From: Candidatus Vogelbacteria bacterium RIFOXYD1_FULL_44_32
GTDB taxonomy: Bacteria; Patescibacteriota; Minisyncoccia; Phycocordibacterales; XYD1-FULL-46-19
Assembly (NCBI GenBank): GCA_001823065.1
Contig: MHTJ01000003.1
Location: 253,283 to 317,282, forward strand
Direction of reading: 5' to 3'
Length of the DNA stretch: 64,000 nt
In this document: positions 62,964 to 64,000 of the stretch, piece by piece
Position numbering within the stretch: the first letter of the stretch is position 1
Layout of the letters: each line of letters starts with the position of its first letter
The notes under the pieces: model-generated
Seen by the model: only the letters and a program-made list of their open reading frames with translations
The model's database searches: none
What the model was told of the DNA's origin: nothing
Made by a program: the position numbers and the translations under genes

Positions 62964-63977
62964 TTATTTTTTACTGATAATACTTTTTTTATAAGTATCC
63001 AAATGCTCCAACGCCACGCCGGTACCTTTGGCCACGCAAAATAAAGACTCATCGGCAAGCACCGCTTTCACACCAGTGCGCCGAAAAATAAGTTCGGGTA
63101 GGTTACGCAATTGGGACGAACCGCCAGTCATAATAATCCCTGACTCAATAATATCCCGCGACAGCTCCGGCGGTGTCTCTTGAAAAACATGTTTGATCGC
63201 TTTAATAATTTCCCGCAATTCATTGTCAATCGCTCGCACTATTTCATTGGTTTTTATTTCCGCGCCGCGGGGTAAACCGGTCATAAAGTCTCGCCCCTTG
63301 ATGGTGTAAGTCATTTCTTCCTCGGTCGGGATAGCCGAGCCAATGGCAATTTTTACTTCTTCGGCCGTTTTATCGCCAATCGCCAAGTTGAAAGTTTTTT
63401 TGATATAGTCGGCAATCGCTTGGTCGATTTTGTTGCCCGCATATTTGACGGAAGTGGACGCCACAATACCGCCGAGCGAAATTACCGCCACATCGGTCGT
63501 ACCCCCACCAATATCCACCACCATATGACCCTTGGCTTCATAAATCGGAATACCAGCCCCAATCGCCGCGAGGATCGGCTCTTTCACGACATAAGCATTT
63601 TTGGCGCCAGCTTTCATCGTTGCCTCAATCACGGCCCGTCGTTCGGTGGAAGTCACCCCGGCCGGCACCGAGACCATGACATCGGGTTTCCAAAAGTGCC
63701 ACGGCCCAAGTGCCTTGGCAATATAATATTTCAGCATCGCTTCGGTTACCCGATAATCAGCAATCACTCCATCTTTCATTGGTCGGTAGGCCCGAATATT
63801 ATCCGGCGTTTTACCAATCATTTCTTTCGCTTCATTACCCACCGCTACCACTTTATTATCAAATTCTGACACAGCTACCACCGACGGCTCATTTAAAACT
63901 ATCCCCTGCCCTGGCAAAAAAACCAAAGTATTGGCCGTACCCAAATCAATCCCCAATTTTTTAGTAAAAATTCCCAT
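62964..63977 (-). CDS. mreB: MreB-family actin-like protein (second paralogue)
   Basis: 337 aa. LGIDLGTANTLVFL and DIGGGTTDVAVIS. About 50% identical in the motifs to the MreB at 57932-58984. Confidence 0.88.
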   Translation of the reverse strand: MGIFTKKLGIDLGTANTLVFLPGQGIVLNEPSVVAVSEFDNKVVAVGNEAKEMIGKTPDNIRAYRPMKDGVIADYRVTEAMLKYYIAKALGPWHFWKPDVMVSVPAGVTSTERRAVIEATMKAGAKNAYVVKEPILAAIGAGIPIYEAKGHMVVDIGGGTTDVAVISLGGIVASTSVKYAGNKIDQAIADYIKKTFNLAIGDKTAEEVKIAIGSAIPTEEEMTYTIKGRDFMTGLPRGAEIKTNEIVRAIDNELREIIKAIKHVFQETPPELSRDIIESGIIMTGGSSQLRNLPELIFRRTGVKAVLADESLFCVAKGTGVALEHLDTYKKSIISKK

Positions 63978-64000
63978 ATTAAAAGGGTGTGGAGCTACTC

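Noticed and set aside
1-64000. CRISPR arrays, retrons/DGRs (reverse transcriptase), restriction-modification or toxin-antitoxin pairs of known type
   Set aside because: No regularly spaced direct repeats and no RT, Cas, methyltransferase or known TA domain signatures were seen in any ORF of the six-frame track or in the spacers I read.

Overview
This 64 kb window is a compact bacterial chromosome segment with about 45-48% GC, short intergenic spacers, many weak or absent Shine-Dalgarno sites, and many small hypothetical membrane proteins. This is consistent with a reduced-genome lineage such as Patescibacteria/CPR, but that placement is only an inference. Core housekeeping content, left to right: the 3' end of an FtsA/PilM-like gene and a bitopic membrane protein; a ribosomal/RNAP cluster (infA-rpmJ-rpsM-rpsK-rpsD-rpoA-rplQ-rplM-rpsI); grpE-dnaK-dnaJ; a GNAT acetyltransferase; trpS; an ABC exporter; a class IIb AspRS/AsnRS; scpA and scpB; dacA-like-mraY-ftsW-murG-gltX; an M23 peptidase; rpmA; rplI; ctpA; corA; cysS; dnaB; recR; rplU; rmuC; then on the minus strand mraZ-rsmH-ftsL-ftsI-murF, a HAD hydrolase, lysS, greA, mrdA-mreD-mreC-mreB, proS, rseP, frr, holB-like and a second mreB paralogue. 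Accessory or unusual content: (1) A complete IS1595-family element at 49623-52480 (2858 bp, 27/28-bp terminal IRs, 8-bp TTTTAATT target duplication). Besides the transposase it carries a translationally coupled three-gene module, a structured tRNA-like RNA region and two small paralogous membrane peptides. (2) A compositionally mosaic accessory patch around a tRNA-Glu(CUC) gene: a GC-rich (~58%) guanylate kinase gene, a GC-rich BNR-repeat lipoprotein, an AT-rich (~32% GC) membrane protein gene bracketed by 66-bp direct repeats that duplicate the 3' end of a small ORF, an M16 peptidase, and a 257-bp MITE-like element with perfect 25-bp inverted repeats. (3) A 1.1 kb gene-poor region (27.26-28.40 kb) with repeated pyrimidine-rich hairpins, small ORFs and a GC-rich block. 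(4) Three promoter-plus-terminator-bounded candidate non-coding RNAs (about 10.6-10.9 kb, 17.1-17.3 kb, 60.3-60.6 kb) whose family I could not assign. No CRISPR array, reverse transcriptase or rRNA gene was seen.
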